A DNA stretch of 64,000 nt from Dimorphilus gyrociliatus (taxonomy: Eukaryota > Animalia > Annelida), in contig CAJFCJ010000005.1 in the NCBI GenBank assembly GCA_904063045.1, positions 28,569 to 92,568 of the forward strand. Reading direction: 5' to 3'. Of this stretch, positions 25,101 to 38,160 are shown in pieces; position 1 is the stretch's first letter; each line of letters opens with the position of its first letter. A program made the translations under genes and the position numbers. Below the pieces are notes generated by a model, which saw nothing but the letters and a program-made list of their open reading frames with translations, was not told the DNA's origin and searched no databases.

Positions 25101-28100
25101 AAGAAATCTCAAATGCTTCTCCATTATTAATTTTTAAGTCCCACCCACCATTGTATTCTTGAGTGTTTTTTCGAAGCTTAGCATATTTTCTAATAAACCT
25201 GTCATAATTAATCTCAGAATTCGGTCTCTCTTTAGATATTTTCTCAACAAGGAGTTGTGGGACCTGGTCAACATTTAAATATTCAATGAGCCTCTCCCAA
25301 TTGAAAATTTGCTTGTTATCTATTATCAGAAAAAAATACAATAAATATTTTTTTAAAAAGAAAATTGAATGCTAAAAATAAAGATTGTAAAAGATTCATG
25401 ATCTCAGTGGTATTTTGTCTTGAAAACTCAAGTTGTTCATACCTAGGACTATATTTTATCTTTTAAAATTAATGAAATGAATGTTGTAAAGTCTATCCAT
25501 TCAAATTTATTTTTTAGCCAATGATGGCCTATTTTTATCAAATTTGTTGATTTTGCAGAAGATTTAATATCACCTACAAAAAGTCAGAAAGATATGTCAA
25601 TCAATGATTATATATGATGTCATATTATTAATGTTATACATATTGTAGCAATAGTTGGCTTTAGGGATTTATCTTCCATCTCAACCATTGTTTGAAATTT
25701 CTGTCCAATTTTTATACTTATAGGCAAAATTCGATCATTTACCACATCAGACATCTGAAATATATAAATTGTACATACTTTTTGAAGATAAAAATTTAAA
25801 AAATGAGAAATTATATATTTACAGGAGCAAAAGCAAAATCAACATTACTATTAATGGCTAAATCCTCTCTTGTTTCAATGATCAGTTCATAATTTTCATT
25901 TGGAATGGCAAAACAATCAAGTAAAACATTATCAAGAAAAACTTTCATTTCGATTTGTTCACCAACATCATTAAAATTTTTGGTGTGATAATTAATTACT
26001 AATTGAATTTTTACAATGGATAACTCAGTGTAATACACTTTCCTTTGTATAGTCTTGAGGATATTTTTCCAAGATATTTTCATATGTATGGTTAGGACAA
26101 AATTGAATATTTTGCCTATATAGATTTCAGTAATTATTCTTGAAATGATAAATTTAGTACATACCTTTTTTTTGATCTGCAAAAACAAAACAAAAAATTG
26201 AGAATTATTTATTGAGATATTGAAAATTTTTTGGATAATTACATTAATTGAATACTGTGTGTCACATTACTTGGTTTTACTTTAAATGTATGAAAGTAGA
26301 CAGGATCCATTAAGGTTGTACAAAAGTATTTCTTCACTTGAGGATTTGGGTTGCTAAGTCTATAAGTAAATGAACTCAAATTAAATTCTTTATCAGTATT
26401 ATCCTGATCCTTTTGGGATGTAGTTGATATGTTGTTTGTAAAGTTTACATCACTAGAATCAGTTGGGTTAATCTCCTTATGCATTATCCAAATCAAATTT
26501 TGTCTTCGTGATACATTTGTTTTTGTTATATATTGATTTGTGAAAATTAAATTGCTAGCTGTTGAAAGAATTTTACAGATTTTTAAAAAGAAGTTTATAT
26601 TTTCAAAAAATGAAAACACTAACAGAAGTCAAAGTTCACTTGATTACTTTGATCATCTCTACCATCCCATACAGTCTTAACATGTTTCTGTTGTTGATGT
26701 TGGTGTTATTGTTTTGAATAACAGTATATTAAAGAAGTTGATCTAACCTCGTAATACATAGAGTTTTTATGAAGAGCATATTCAATAATTGTTATTATTT
26801 CCATTGCTAGTGTACCAATTGCTATGGCAACATCTACAAAATCAACACAAGAAATAATAACTTCTATGCTTGAATTATCTTCAAATTAAATGCAAGTTTC
26901 TATTGGACCATCATGAAGAATAATTCTTCCTTGCCTCAGTTGAACAATAGTAGAAAATGAGCATCTTATTCCATAGACTGATGTAACCAAGTATAACAAA
27001 AATCTGTATAAATTATCTTTATACAATGAACTTGGTAGATGATAAGTAAAAACAACTGAGATAGTTCCTTTTATATTCTATTAAAAAGAAACAAAAGATA
27101 ATTGAAGAAAGGTTTTTCTATTGTTTCAAAATAACAAACAAACCAGACAACTTTCATAAGGAGTTTCAGGTTTTGGTAAATTATCTGAAAAAATGCAACA
27201 ATTTGGTGATAACTCTAAAACAATTTCCAATTCAAAGAATATTCTTTTGAGTAATAAGCTCACTAGCATTCTGAAAATAACATAATACATTATTATTCAA
27301 AGTTTTAATGAAACATTTTTTTTGGAAAATAAAAACCATTTGAGATGAAAAATTAAATGCTTCATTCATATTTTCACAGATAAGAGTATCCTTTGTCAAA
27401 AAATAATAATCTTTGATGGAATCTTCGCACGGTTTTGAAAGTATTTCAATGTTTTGAAGGACTTTTCCCAACCAATTTTGAGAGACAACATAGTATTCTT
27501 CAAAGAAAATTGTCTTTACAAGTAAAGGTGTAGCCTATTCATGCATACAAATTATGATGAAAGATTTCTGTCATTCAAAACAACAAAAATAATATAGATT
27601 ATTTAAATTACATATCTATCTAGAAATTCTAGAGCCTTAAAATATGGAAACTGGTATAGTTTTGTTGACAAATCATTCATATCTTTAGCATCAAAAGGTA
27701 TTTTTTTAAACTCAAAATAAAAATTATTACTATCCAAATCAAAGGTTTTCAATGCTTCATCAGTGTCAGTTTCTATAGTAAAATTTCTAATTATATTATA
27801 GAATAAAAATATTATCATAAAACACCTGCTTTTATTGAAGCAATTGGAACTTGATTAACTATTTGGTGTAATGGAACAAATCTTTCTTCCTTCTCTATGA
27901 TTTGTGTAATTTGTTCTTCCAATTGAACAACATTTGAGCATATTTTCTGTTGTTATGCAAAAGAGGTAATAGTTTAGAAAAGTAAATCTTTCAATAGCAA
28001 TTAATACTTATACAGGAATACTACTGTTTGTGGTCCAAGAGGAAATCTTTTTTGGATAAAAAATAGCATGTAATACAATTATATTAGGATAGAAAGTTAG

Positions 28101-30000
28101 GAGAAAATGATTGCATTGAACTTGCTCATAACTATGGTGTGTGTGTGTGTGTATGTATGTGTGTTTATAGGTGTTCATTTTCTCCAAAATTCAAAAACTA
28201 TGTACCATGAGTTCAATCTTATAGAAGAAAGCTGGATAATTTGAGTGAGTGGCAAAATTGGATAAATTCTCTTTCAAAGCCAAATTATTATGTAACTTAA
28301 GTTCCTTTCTATAGTTTAATTTTGCCAGATAAATATTCTCTCTTTAAAATAAAAAAGAGATTTTAAAGCTACAATATAGAACTCTTAATTATATACTTAA
28401 GGAATCCAGAATTTTCTTTATCACTAATGGCAGCAGCTCTACTTTCTAATTCCAATTTCAAGTTATCACTATCATACTTTCCTTGTTCTTCTCTTTTCAA
28501 TAAATAATCCTTCTCATCTTCACCATTTTTTTTATCATTCGAAACATCCAGGAAAGTAATTTGCTGATAACAATTTGGAAATAGAGTCTGTTTAAAAAGA
28601 ATGTAAATCAACATTGAAATTTTCATTATATCAATTTTGTTAATGTTTTTACTTTTGTAATGAAATATTGCACAATGTTGCTACATATTTTATACTTTTC
28701 TTTCTCTTCATTGAACTTTCTTGTATATGGTATTACTATTTGGCAATTTTCTGTAGAGACCAAAGGTAGGAAAGCTTCAGAGCAGTCATAAAAAAGTATT
28801 TATCTTGAACAAAACAACGAAATAGTTCAAAATTATTCAATTCCATTCGCTTATTTAAAAAGTAATTTTGAAAGTCAAATCTAGCCCATTTTTTATCTTT
28901 TTCTATTATTTTATCACTGTTGTACATTGATCTAAAGTGAACAATCAAGACTTTTTCAAGCTTTAAATTCTGTCTTTTGCAGTTGCTAATGAGATCTTTC
29001 AGTTAGACAAAGAGTAAAAAAAATTTAAAGCAATAATTAAAACATTTCAACACAATTTATGTTTATAAATATTTTAAAATTACCAAGTTGTTTTTGTTGA
29101 TTTGTCATGTGTAGCAATTCCAAAGGATTAACATAAGGATCTAATGTTCTCATGCTAACTGCAAATTTTAATAATTCTTCCTTCGGAATGTGCAATGCAT
29201 CTAAATTCAAATACTTTTTGTTTTGGGAAATAAAGCATTTTAAACTTTTTAAATGAAAAGAAAAACAGAGACACTAACCGTTTGACATTTTGGGAATTTT
29301 GAAGAAATTTCATAAACTGCCCATGAGGTTATCTTATCACAGTTTGACTAGGAAATCTGAAGATATATAGATATATATATATACAGTATATATATCATTT
29401 TTATATTGAAATCTCCCCTACATCCTTTATCTCTTTCAAATTGCTTTTTAATATCCAATATACACCCCAATTTGTAATGGATTTGCAATTTCTTATCTTT
29501 AAGCTTTTGAGTTTTGTACTAATCTGCCAGTCAGGAAAAAAGATAAAGATAAAAATGCTTGAAGTTGTCGAATGTAAGAAATTCCTTACATTTAAATGCT
29601 TTGCATTTGCGTATAAACAATACCAGAACAAATCATTTAAACTAGCAAGATTCTCTAAGCGGATTGTTACAAGATGGCTATTGAGCTTTGTGTTTGTTCT
29701 TAGAATATTCTTTGAAGAAATTTCAAAAGAAGGATAAATGAATATTTAATTTTTTTTAGTTAATACTCATATATGGACTATTACCAAATACTCCTTGTAT
29801 ATTAAAGCTTGATAATAAATATATTAATGGATCCATTAAAATCTTGTCAGTTAATTGAATTTCTTCAAATTCTTCAACTGAAACAGATTCACATTTCTCT
29901 TCTGCTGAGGAATTTTTGTTAACTTTTTATTTATTTGATATTCAAAAATTCTTTTGATGTTCCTACCACTGATAGGTTCCTTTTCCCTTTCTTCTGCCAT
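22152..30000 (-). CDS. Large multi-exon ROCO protein: N-terminal LRR, possible degenerate Roc-COR, then LRR-Roc GTPase-COR
   Basis: Roc: LILVGLGGAGKTSL, TDGI, WDFAGQTIYYNTHQFFLS, LVGSHID, VSSKTG. COR: LHDDLTKVW..LMEEFNL..IPCLLP, YEFDYLPLGLFNRAQVRL, VRGPRPDNILFFVHEVFE. LRRs at 23985-24677 and 29401-29631. ATG (30000) and stop (22152) are inferred; that all upstream exons belong to one gene is an inference. Confidence 0.75.
28136..28165. repeat. (GT)n microsatellite
   Basis: GGTGTGTGTGTGTGTGTATGTATGTGTGT visible directly. Confidence 0.9.
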
Positions 30001-30907
30001 CTCTTTTGTTTTGTATAAGTATTATTGATAACAAAACGTTGTTACTGGACAATTAACTATAAAATTAATGCAAGTCACTTGTCATTGTTACTGTGGTAAT
30101 CTTACAAGTTCTATCTATTTCTATAATACAATGTTATCAATGGTAATAACTGTAAGACTACTGTTTAAACATTATCTATCTGTATGATAAATATGATTTT
30201 ATTATATAGGCAAAACAGGTAATGTTCGGAAAAAGAGTAGGAATATTTTCTAAAATATAGATGGTGGTGCCATCTGGTTTATTAATTTTTTCCCCTTTAA
30301 CATTAAATCAATTTTAAGAATTAATACTATGAAAGATTTTATTAACACTGTCTACTACTCCGATAGAATTATATTCTAAATATACATTCAGATTCTGTAA
30401 GAAACTTTAATACCAACAATTTACAAGTAGGCAATTGCAAGAGAAGAAAATTTACTCTTACCTTTATCTTGTCTTTTTGTTTTTATATTTAAAGGATACA
30501 AGAGCAGATATCTTTATTTTGGGAACCATTATACTTTTGAAAATATTTCAACTTGGCCTACAAACAAAACACTTACACGTTGCGTTCAATTTGTAAAATT
30601 TAACACATTTATAATAATGTTATATTCAACCAACAAGGTAAACTCATTGCGAAAATTAATAATTAAGACCTTCACATTTTTTGTCAAGTTTACACAGAGA
30701 TTGGCGATCCAATGTGGAAGGATAGAAGTCTTGTTTCAGCTAAGATTGTTTCGAGACGATCTTTTCTAATGACAAAATAAGCAAGATGTGACAGTGAGAA
30801 GATATATACAGTATACTATGGGGTTAGCCCTAATATCCAATCATCACTTTGCCCTTTGCTCCAGTATTTTACAACTAAGATTTTGAGTAAAATGATTTTT
30901 GGTTGAG

Positions 30908-32830
30908 CTAGAATTTTAGCGTTTTTGATGGAAATTGGTATTTTATTTTTTTCTGAATGGCTTTAGTCAATTGGCAGTTGCTTAAATCAAGCTTTATCAG
31001 TGTATTTAGAGATCCTTCTAAACTTTCACATATAGCTTTCCATCCTCTCGTTAAATTTATATTATCTGACAAGAGAACCTCTGTTATTTGTGAACAATTC
31101 TGCAATAAATTTCCAATAGTTTTACATATAGAATCATCTATATTGCTAGCTTGAAAACCAATAATTTTTAAAGAATGAGATGACCTTTCTAGACCTTCAC
31201 ATATTTTTAAAATTCCATCTTTACCATTATTATTCCAGCCAATAAGAATTTCTTCGATATTTTGACAATCCATTAATAATTCTCCTATACAGATAAACAT
31301 TTTCTCATCTAATTGACAATCTTCAAAGCATATAAACTTGAGTGTTGCAGATGAGTTTCTAACTGCATTGCATATTTCAAATATTTCTGGTTCATTCCAT
31401 TCATTCATCTCAAAGAATAAAGCTTCCAATTTGATGCATTGTTTTAATAGTCCCACAAAATTCTTACAATAATTAGAATCAATATTACCCTTAGCAATAT
31501 CTAAAATTTTTAAAGATAATGAAGACTTTTGAAGTTTTTCAAAAATACAGTCCAATTCAAAATCTTGATTATAACCAAGATATATTCTTTCTATATTTGG
31601 GCATTTGTCCAACAAATTTCTAAAACACTTACTAACACTTTCATTTAAATTACAGTTTTCAATGTCAATAATATGTAAAGTTTTACATGATTTTTCCAAT
31701 CCTTCACATATCTTTTTAAATCCATTTCCCATATTGTTATTTCTCTTTAGATAAATATTTTCAATTTGAGAACACTTTGCCAATAAATTGCCAATATGTA
31801 TACACATATTTTCATTTAGGCAACACCTTTCAAGGTCAATGTCTTTTAGAGTAGTTGAAGAATATTCAAGACCTTTTACAATACTCAATAGACCATTTTC
31901 TCCAATATCTGGATTTTCTTGTAGATAGATTTCCTCAATTGTACAGCAGCTTTTTAAAAGATTTCCCAAGGCAATAGCCATGTTTTCATTCAATTGACAA
32001 AAATTTAAATATAGATATTTTAAAGTTTTACAAGAATATAAGAGTCCATCAAAAATTTCAAGTAAACCATATTGCAACTTTGAATTTTCTTCTAGAAATA
32101 TTCCAGTAATTTGTGAACAATTTTCTAATAAATTTTTCAAACCAAGGCAAATACTTTCATCTAAATTGCATTTTTTTAATGGAATGAATGTTAAATTTGT
32201 ACAAGATTTTTGAAGACTTTCACAAATATTTAAAAATCCATTACCCATATTTACATTTTCACCAAGATTAATTTTTTCAATTTTTGAACATTTGAATAAT
32301 AAATCTCTTATTGAATTGCATTTACTTTCATTCAAATTACAATTGTACACACTGATCTTTTTCAGAGTAGTTGTAGATTGTTCAAGTCCTTTACAAATAC
32401 TGTACAATCCTTTTCCCATATTTGGATTTCCTCCTACATAAATTTCTTCAAGTACATTAAAATTTGACAACATTTTACCAAACTTTTCACAAGTTCCTTT
32501 ATCAAAATTACAATTGGTAATATCAAGATATTTTACTGTTTTTGAAGATTGTTGAAGTTCTTTAATAATTATTAAAAAATTGCTTTCAATACCATGATTT
32601 TCAGATAGATTAACCTGTTCAATTTTATAGCAATGACTAAACAGTTCAGCAATACTTAAGCAATTCTCCTTATTTAAATTATAACCTTGAAAATTAACAG
32701 TTTTCAAGGTATTAGAAGAATTTTGAAGTACTTGAAAAATTCCAGTATATCCATTAGTCAATTTTTTCAACTTACGACCTTTATTTTTAGACGACATTTT
32801 TTTGGAGGTATCAGCAACTATAATTCCCAT
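30908..32830 (-). CDS. Intronless RI-like LRR-only protein, 640 aa; paralog of 1049-2959 in opposite orientation
   Basis: Colinear with the 636-aa ORF (NGY..F..L.NSSNT..T..FQGYNLN; FELFSxCxxIExVNLSxN; IGWNxxGKxGILKICEGLE; C-terminal KI.xQFxSK). True start may be MSSKNK at 32797. Confidence 0.9.
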   Translation of the reverse strand: MGIIVADTSKKMSSKNKGRKLKKLTNGYTGIFQVLQNSSNTLKTVNFQGYNLNKENCLSIAELFSHCYKIEQVNLSENHGIESNFLIIIKELQQSSKTVKYLDITNCNFDKGTCEKFGKMLSNFNVLEEIYVGGNPNMGKGLYSICKGLEQSTTTLKKISVYNCNLNESKCNSIRDLLFKCSKIEKINLGENVNMGNGFLNICESLQKSCTNLTFIPLKKCNLDESICLGLKNLLENCSQITGIFLEENSKLQYGLLEIFDGLLYSCKTLKYLYLNFCQLNENMAIALGNLLKSCCTIEEIYLQENPDIGENGLLSIVKGLEYSSTTLKDIDLERCCLNENMCIHIGNLLAKCSQIENIYLKRNNNMGNGFKKICEGLEKSCKTLHIIDIENCNLNESVSKCFRNLLDKCPNIERIYLGYNQDFELDCIFEKLQKSSLSLKILDIAKGNIDSNYCKNFVGLLKQCIKLEALFFEMNEWNEPEIFEICNAVRNSSATLKFICFEDCQLDEKMFICIGELLMDCQNIEEILIGWNNNGKDGILKICEGLERSSHSLKIIGFQASNIDDSICKTIGNLLQNCSQITEVLLSDNINLTRGWKAICESLEGSLNTLIKLDLSNCQLTKAIQKKIKYQFPSKTLKF

Positions 32831-33719
32831 TCAATACTACTTTTTTTGTTTAACAATTTTAGGTTGCACCTATTTACATAAGTCTAGAATTTGCAATGTT
32901 AGTGAGGCCAGTTGGATATTGATCTAGTTTATAATGACAACATAGTAGCAACGTGGAACACGGTACAAAATGGACTTTTACAAGTGTTTATGACAATAAA
33001 TGATATTTAAAAGAATTGCAGAAATTGAATGTTAGTAGGTTGATCATAATGTTGATATGTTTTCGATGTGTATCTACTTGAATACTAAGTAGTTTTCAAC
33101 TCAGTTTGTAGCAAAATGTAAATAAACTTTTAGATCATGTTAACCCTTTGCAAATGGTATCTATAGATTTTGTCCAAAGCTGGAGATTTCTAAATCAGGC
33201 CTTTGAACTCTTTTTCGTTCAATCTTACAATGTGAAGTTACTTCTTTATAGGCAATCCCAAGCGGCTTGAATTAGACTAGTAACATTTAGAATTTATGTC
33301 AGAGTACAAAGCTTTTTTCTTAATTTCAAAACCTCAGAACCAGAAGAATGACGGAAAAGCAGTAAGAACTGCTGTTTCTAATGATAATACAGATTTTTTT
33401 AATGAGAGAAATTCCAGGTAAATACAAATCTGCAAACAATCTATTAGTAAATTTTGTTGTAGCAATGTTGTTTTTACAAAAGACATCAATGATTTTGTGA
33501 GATTTCTGAAAAAGATTTTGATTATTATGATAGAAGTTATCACTCAATAAATCTAATATCCTGTGGATCTGAATGTAAAAACATTTATACATGTAAAAAG
33601 TTGTATCCCTAAATATCAAGCAAGGGCTATTGGATCATCATTTAAAGCTTAGACTTCCATTTGAATATAGTAAAACCAGAAATGGAAGCTGAAATGTTTG
33701 AATGTTAGTTTTAAGTCCT

Positions 33720-34042
33720 GTTTTGTGCACTTTGTTGTATTGTAATTGTAAGAATTTATGGTACATCACAATTTTATTTGTCCTTTCCAATCATTTACAA
33801 ATTTGCGAAAGAACTCAAAACAAATAGAACCTTAAGTTTGTCCATAACATGCCAACCTTTACCATAAATTCAGTTCTAAATAATACAAATGTTTTAAAAA
33901 AAGTCTAAGTATTGCCAATACAGTGGACAAATTTGAGGTTTAATTTTGACCAGTACTTTGACACATTATTAAATGAGTAGTAGGGATGACTGAGGGTGAG
34001 ATGAAAATGAAATTCCTGCAATCACAATGTAACAAATTGTAC
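33720..34042. mobile_element. Two LTR-B end fragments in opposite orientation
   Basis: 33724-33755 is the reverse complement of the LTR-B 3' end (TACAATTACAATACAACAAAGTGCACA); 33920-34042 resembles 21560-21680 on the + strand. Confidence 0.5.
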
Positions 34043-34189
34043 TATGATTAGTTGGTATTAAAAAAATTTAAATTATTTTCAAAAGTGTATATTCAAATTC
34101 AAAAGTCTGATGTCAAGAGTAATTTTTCAAAACAAAAATATTTACCTTGTTTACATTTTTTTTGGTGAATATTTCAGTGAAGATTTATA

Positions 34190-34563
34190 TTGTAAGAGAG
34201 ACTCTTTTTTCTACTTGAACAACTACTCTGGACATTGACAACATATTCAATTTAAGAAATTTTAGTCTGCAGATTTCATATTTTCTTTTCTGTAATTTTT
34301 TCAATTTTCCCTGCTCTATTTAATCTTTTGTGCCATTTCTTGACATTAGTGTTTGTTATAAGAGACAGACCAAAACTTTGGCTTCGAAATTTCACCATCA
34401 ATATACTCCACAAGATCATTGTTTATATTCTTTTCTAAAAGTTCATTCCTAATTTGCTGAAATGATGAAGTAATGAATTCTTTTGGAAGATATTGAAGAC
34501 TCATCAACTTTCTTAACATGTTTCCTTCATGATCGTTTTCTTTGAAGTCATTTATATGAAATT
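34190..34563 (-). mobile_element. MULE transposase C-terminal exon remnant
   Basis: EGNMLRKLMSLQYLPKEFI..KFWSV..TNVKKWHKRLN..LQKRKYENLQ matches the last exon of the MULEs at 59624 and 60491. Confidence 0.7.
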
Positions 34564-34969
34564 CTAAGTGTCAAAAATGAATGATTCACATTTTAAAATT
34601 ATTTAATAATAGATTCTTTATTTTATTAAATGACAAATCTACGATAAAGATATTATCTAGATTTTTTAATATCACTTTTGCTGTATCCTTTAACATATTT
34701 TAAATTTAACATTTGAATAATTAAGATTTTCTTACACCATTAAAATTTAAGCTGAAATTTCTATAAATACATTCTTACTAATGTTTATCCAATGAATATT
34801 GAGTACTTTTGTAAAGATATTCTATCAAAGTCATTTCCCGCTGATAAAATGAAGATAAAATAAAAATGCCTGTCCAAACTCAATATGCAAATAAGGCATA
34901 AGAGTGCCTTATTTATTTATTCTATTAACAACTATAAAAGTATTATTTCAGTGAATGTACAGGTTAGTT

Positions 34970-35871
34970 ACTTACTCTGCTATTGAAATTCCATATAGTT
35001 ATTTGCTTAAGTAATTCATCTTGAATAAACCATTTAAAGTAAATGTTTGTTTAATGGTTTGAGTAGAACCAGTAATGTTGTAATTTGCAAAGGCATAAAT
35101 TGGCCAAGAAAGAGCAATACACCAGCCCAAAATCTAATTTTCAAATATTTCATTATAACTGTTTTCAACCAGTCCCATATTTTACTAAAGGTTGCCAAAT
35201 TATCAAACTGTCAATGTTAAGAAGAAAAAGGTTTGTTCCAATGGAGGTTGTTTTCAGATGATCTCAGATTACTCGATTGAGATATTGTAGTATTTCTTAA
35301 TAATTTTGTTTCAAATTTTATTTACAATACTCTCTGTTCTCTCACCCAATTTTGTTACATTCACTCCCTTTTATACTTCGCTAGCATTGCTTAACTAGGT
35401 ATTTGTGCTCATCAGTGTTTTTTTACCTATTTATGACCTGAGATATCACTCAATGAGACTGAGTTAAAAACCCTGACCATGACTCATAATCATTCTCTCA
35501 TACATTTGCTGACTAATAATAACACATAACATACAAACGTTCTGTTCAGTTGGAATGGAACAGTGAGAATATATATACTTGAAGTTTTCCTCTGATTTCC
35601 AATCATCACTTCACAGTTGGCAAACTATCTAGTTCGTACTTATATTTAGTAACAGGATGTTGCAAGGTTTAACATTTAGCAAGGTTAATTGAATTATAAC
35701 TCGGTCAAACATTAACTGGTACTTATAGATGAACCTTCACGATGACTAATCAAGATCTATGTTTGGCCATATGTTATTGCCTTTTCTTATGCAGGTTTTA
35801 AGAGGTAGATATACTGTATAAGTTGCACATAGTAAAATAATTTAAGCATAAAGTATAATGAAAGTTATACA
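34970..35871. mobile_element. Diverged solo LTR of family A, 3' end inverted, with an internal insertion
   Basis: 35185-35871 matches LTR-A on the minus strand (start TGTATAAC at 35871); 34970-35121 matches the LTR-A 3' end on the plus strand (ends GCAATACA); 4-bp TSD CCAG at 35122-35125 and (reverse complement) 35872-35875. Confidence 0.75.
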
Positions 35872-37223
35872 CTGGGAAATGGTCAGGAGGAATAAAATAG
35901 CTATTAATATGTCCTTGTGGGGCTCCAAACTAAGTGTGGTGGTTTTTTACCACATCGTCATAATATAACTAATTCTTGGTTGTCATAAGAAGTACTCAAT
36001 TATTGATATTCCGACACAAAATCCTATTAATTTATTGTAATTTTATGATGTATCTATAAATTTGGCTGTTCAATATTTATATCATGCATATTCTGATATT
36101 GTTTAATATTTTCATTAACACTCATAAAACTCACCTATCTAGAAGGAATGTTGCCTAAAGTGTTAATAGTCCATCTTTTTATTATATCAGCAACAAGTTT
36201 GATTGAGGGGAATAGTAATTTACTTTTATAATTTTATCACACTTTTTATAGTTGTGTTCCATTTTAAGACTGCTCTTATTCAATCATTGAGGATAGAAAG
36301 ATGATACGTCCTCCAATTATGACAGTTTTCTATTATGATATTGGTGTGGATGGTTGTAAAATTTTATGTACTAATCTACATATTTGCAAGTAAGTAAAGA
36401 ATGGATGTGAAAATTTATTTAATTTTGCCTTTTTTTTTATTAGATCATTCAATGATTTTAAAGATTTTGGAAAATGCAGCATTAAAAGTGAAAGAATAGA
36501 TGATATATTAAATCTTGTCAATGAGACAGGATCTGTTTATTACGAAAGAAATACACTTTGTAGTTAGTTTTAAGTTTTTTATGATTTGTCAAATTTTGTT
36601 CAAAATGATCTTATTTTTAAATTTTTTCATTCAAAAATTTCAGCCAATAAAACAGTTGAAGGTAATTGTAAAGTATTTCTTAAAATGATTAAGATAAACC
36701 TTATTTCTGACAGAGCAAATGTATTCCAAGCATGATAACTTCCACTCAAATTTGATTAATAATCTTTTAGTGCTTGAATTTAAGTTTACAATACCAGCAC
36801 AAATAGTGACTTGCAAGATAGTTTGCAATATTTTATCAAACTGTGTGTTAGTTTTTCAATAGGAAAAATATTTTTCCAAAATTTTTTCACATATCAAATA
36901 TTTTCAGAGGATTTGATTTCAAGGAAAACAAATCTGAATGCTGGCTAAAATCAAAAGCTAATGTCAGTCTTATAAATTTTACTCCAGAAAATGAGATAGC
37001 CTTCTATGGAAAAGGTAGTAAGTGTCAACTAAAATTTAGATTTTATATATTGAAAATTCATATCATCTTCTTATTTTATGCTTGAATTATCTTTCATTTA
37101 AAAAATATTGGCTAGGCTGCAGAATATTCTTTTCATTTCACATTATTATACATATGTGCTAGATGATTCCTATTCAGTAGTCAACAGCCAGCAAGGTATA
37201 AAAGATTTATTTTTTTCGCTTTT

Positions 37224-37548
37224 ATCACGGAATTGTCCACAATTCCGTCTAAATTATATTTAAAGTATTCGTTGATTTCCCACACTGTTCTGACATATTC
37301 ACACTCTTTTATACCCTTGCTGGCGTCACTTAACTGGGCGCTTTACTTTACTCATTCATGGTGCCACGTTCGCGCCACGTCGGTAGTTACTCCCGTGATG
37401 TGGTACCGAGTCAACTGGACCGTCCTAGCTTTGGCTAAGTCAAGTTACCCCTTTAAGTGACGCCGACTCACACTGACATACACTGACATACATACTGATA
37501 TACACTCAGTGACTCAAACTAACACATAATGTCTAACGTTCTGTTCAC
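37224..37548. repeat. CpG-rich ~325-bp element, related to the 35287-35548 insertion (possible solo LTR of a third family)
   Basis: Shares CACTC..TTTATAC..GCT.GC...CTTAACT.G and the end AACACATAA..AACGTTCTGTTCA with 35287-35548; contains hairpin ACGGAATTG-tcca-CAATTCCGT and inverted repeat GGCGTCACTTA/TAAGTGACGCC. Confidence 0.4.
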
Positions 37549-38087
37549 AGAGAAAGATCAATATAAACTCAGTATGGAATAATTGACATTATAGATTTAT
37601 GGATAACAATAATAATTTCATTTCTGAATATTAAAAAACCAGAACAGCAATGCTAAAATATAATAACCTTGGGATTTTTAATGTCACTGAAGATCTAAGA
37701 TATGACTGAAAAAGATGACCCCTGCTGCTGGTAATTATATCACTTTATCTGTTGATGCTTAACCATAAGATTGTATTATAGACACAGACAATTTTAACTA
37801 CAAACCACATAAGAAAAAAGAGCTCTTCTCTGGTCCAATGCTTTTGGCTAAAGTATTCTTTCTTATTGTATCAGCCATCTCACATTTACTCAATAAAATG
37901 TATGAAAAAAGTCCCACCTACAACACAAAAAACGACATATCACTAAGTTATTAATATCGCATAACAAAACAGAGGACTACAATGACTAGAATAGCTACAT
38001 CTTTATATTGATTTTGGATAACATAGTAATTTCTAGAGTTAGGAAAATTTTTATATATAGACTTTTGAGTTTATGTAGGGCTGAACT

Positions 38088-38160
38088 GAGGATTAGGAAG
38101 CATAAAGTGAAAAGAATCTTATTAACTGGTGAGTTACAGTTAGGGTAAAACGCCAAAAAA
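38088..38160 (+). repeat. MITE-like dispersed repeat (second copy ~58781-58925)
   Basis: TAGGGCTGAACTGAGG.TTAGGAAGCATAAA.TGAAAA.AATCTT is shared with 58875-58920; ends TTAGGGTAAAA like the MULE MITEs. Confidence 0.5.
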
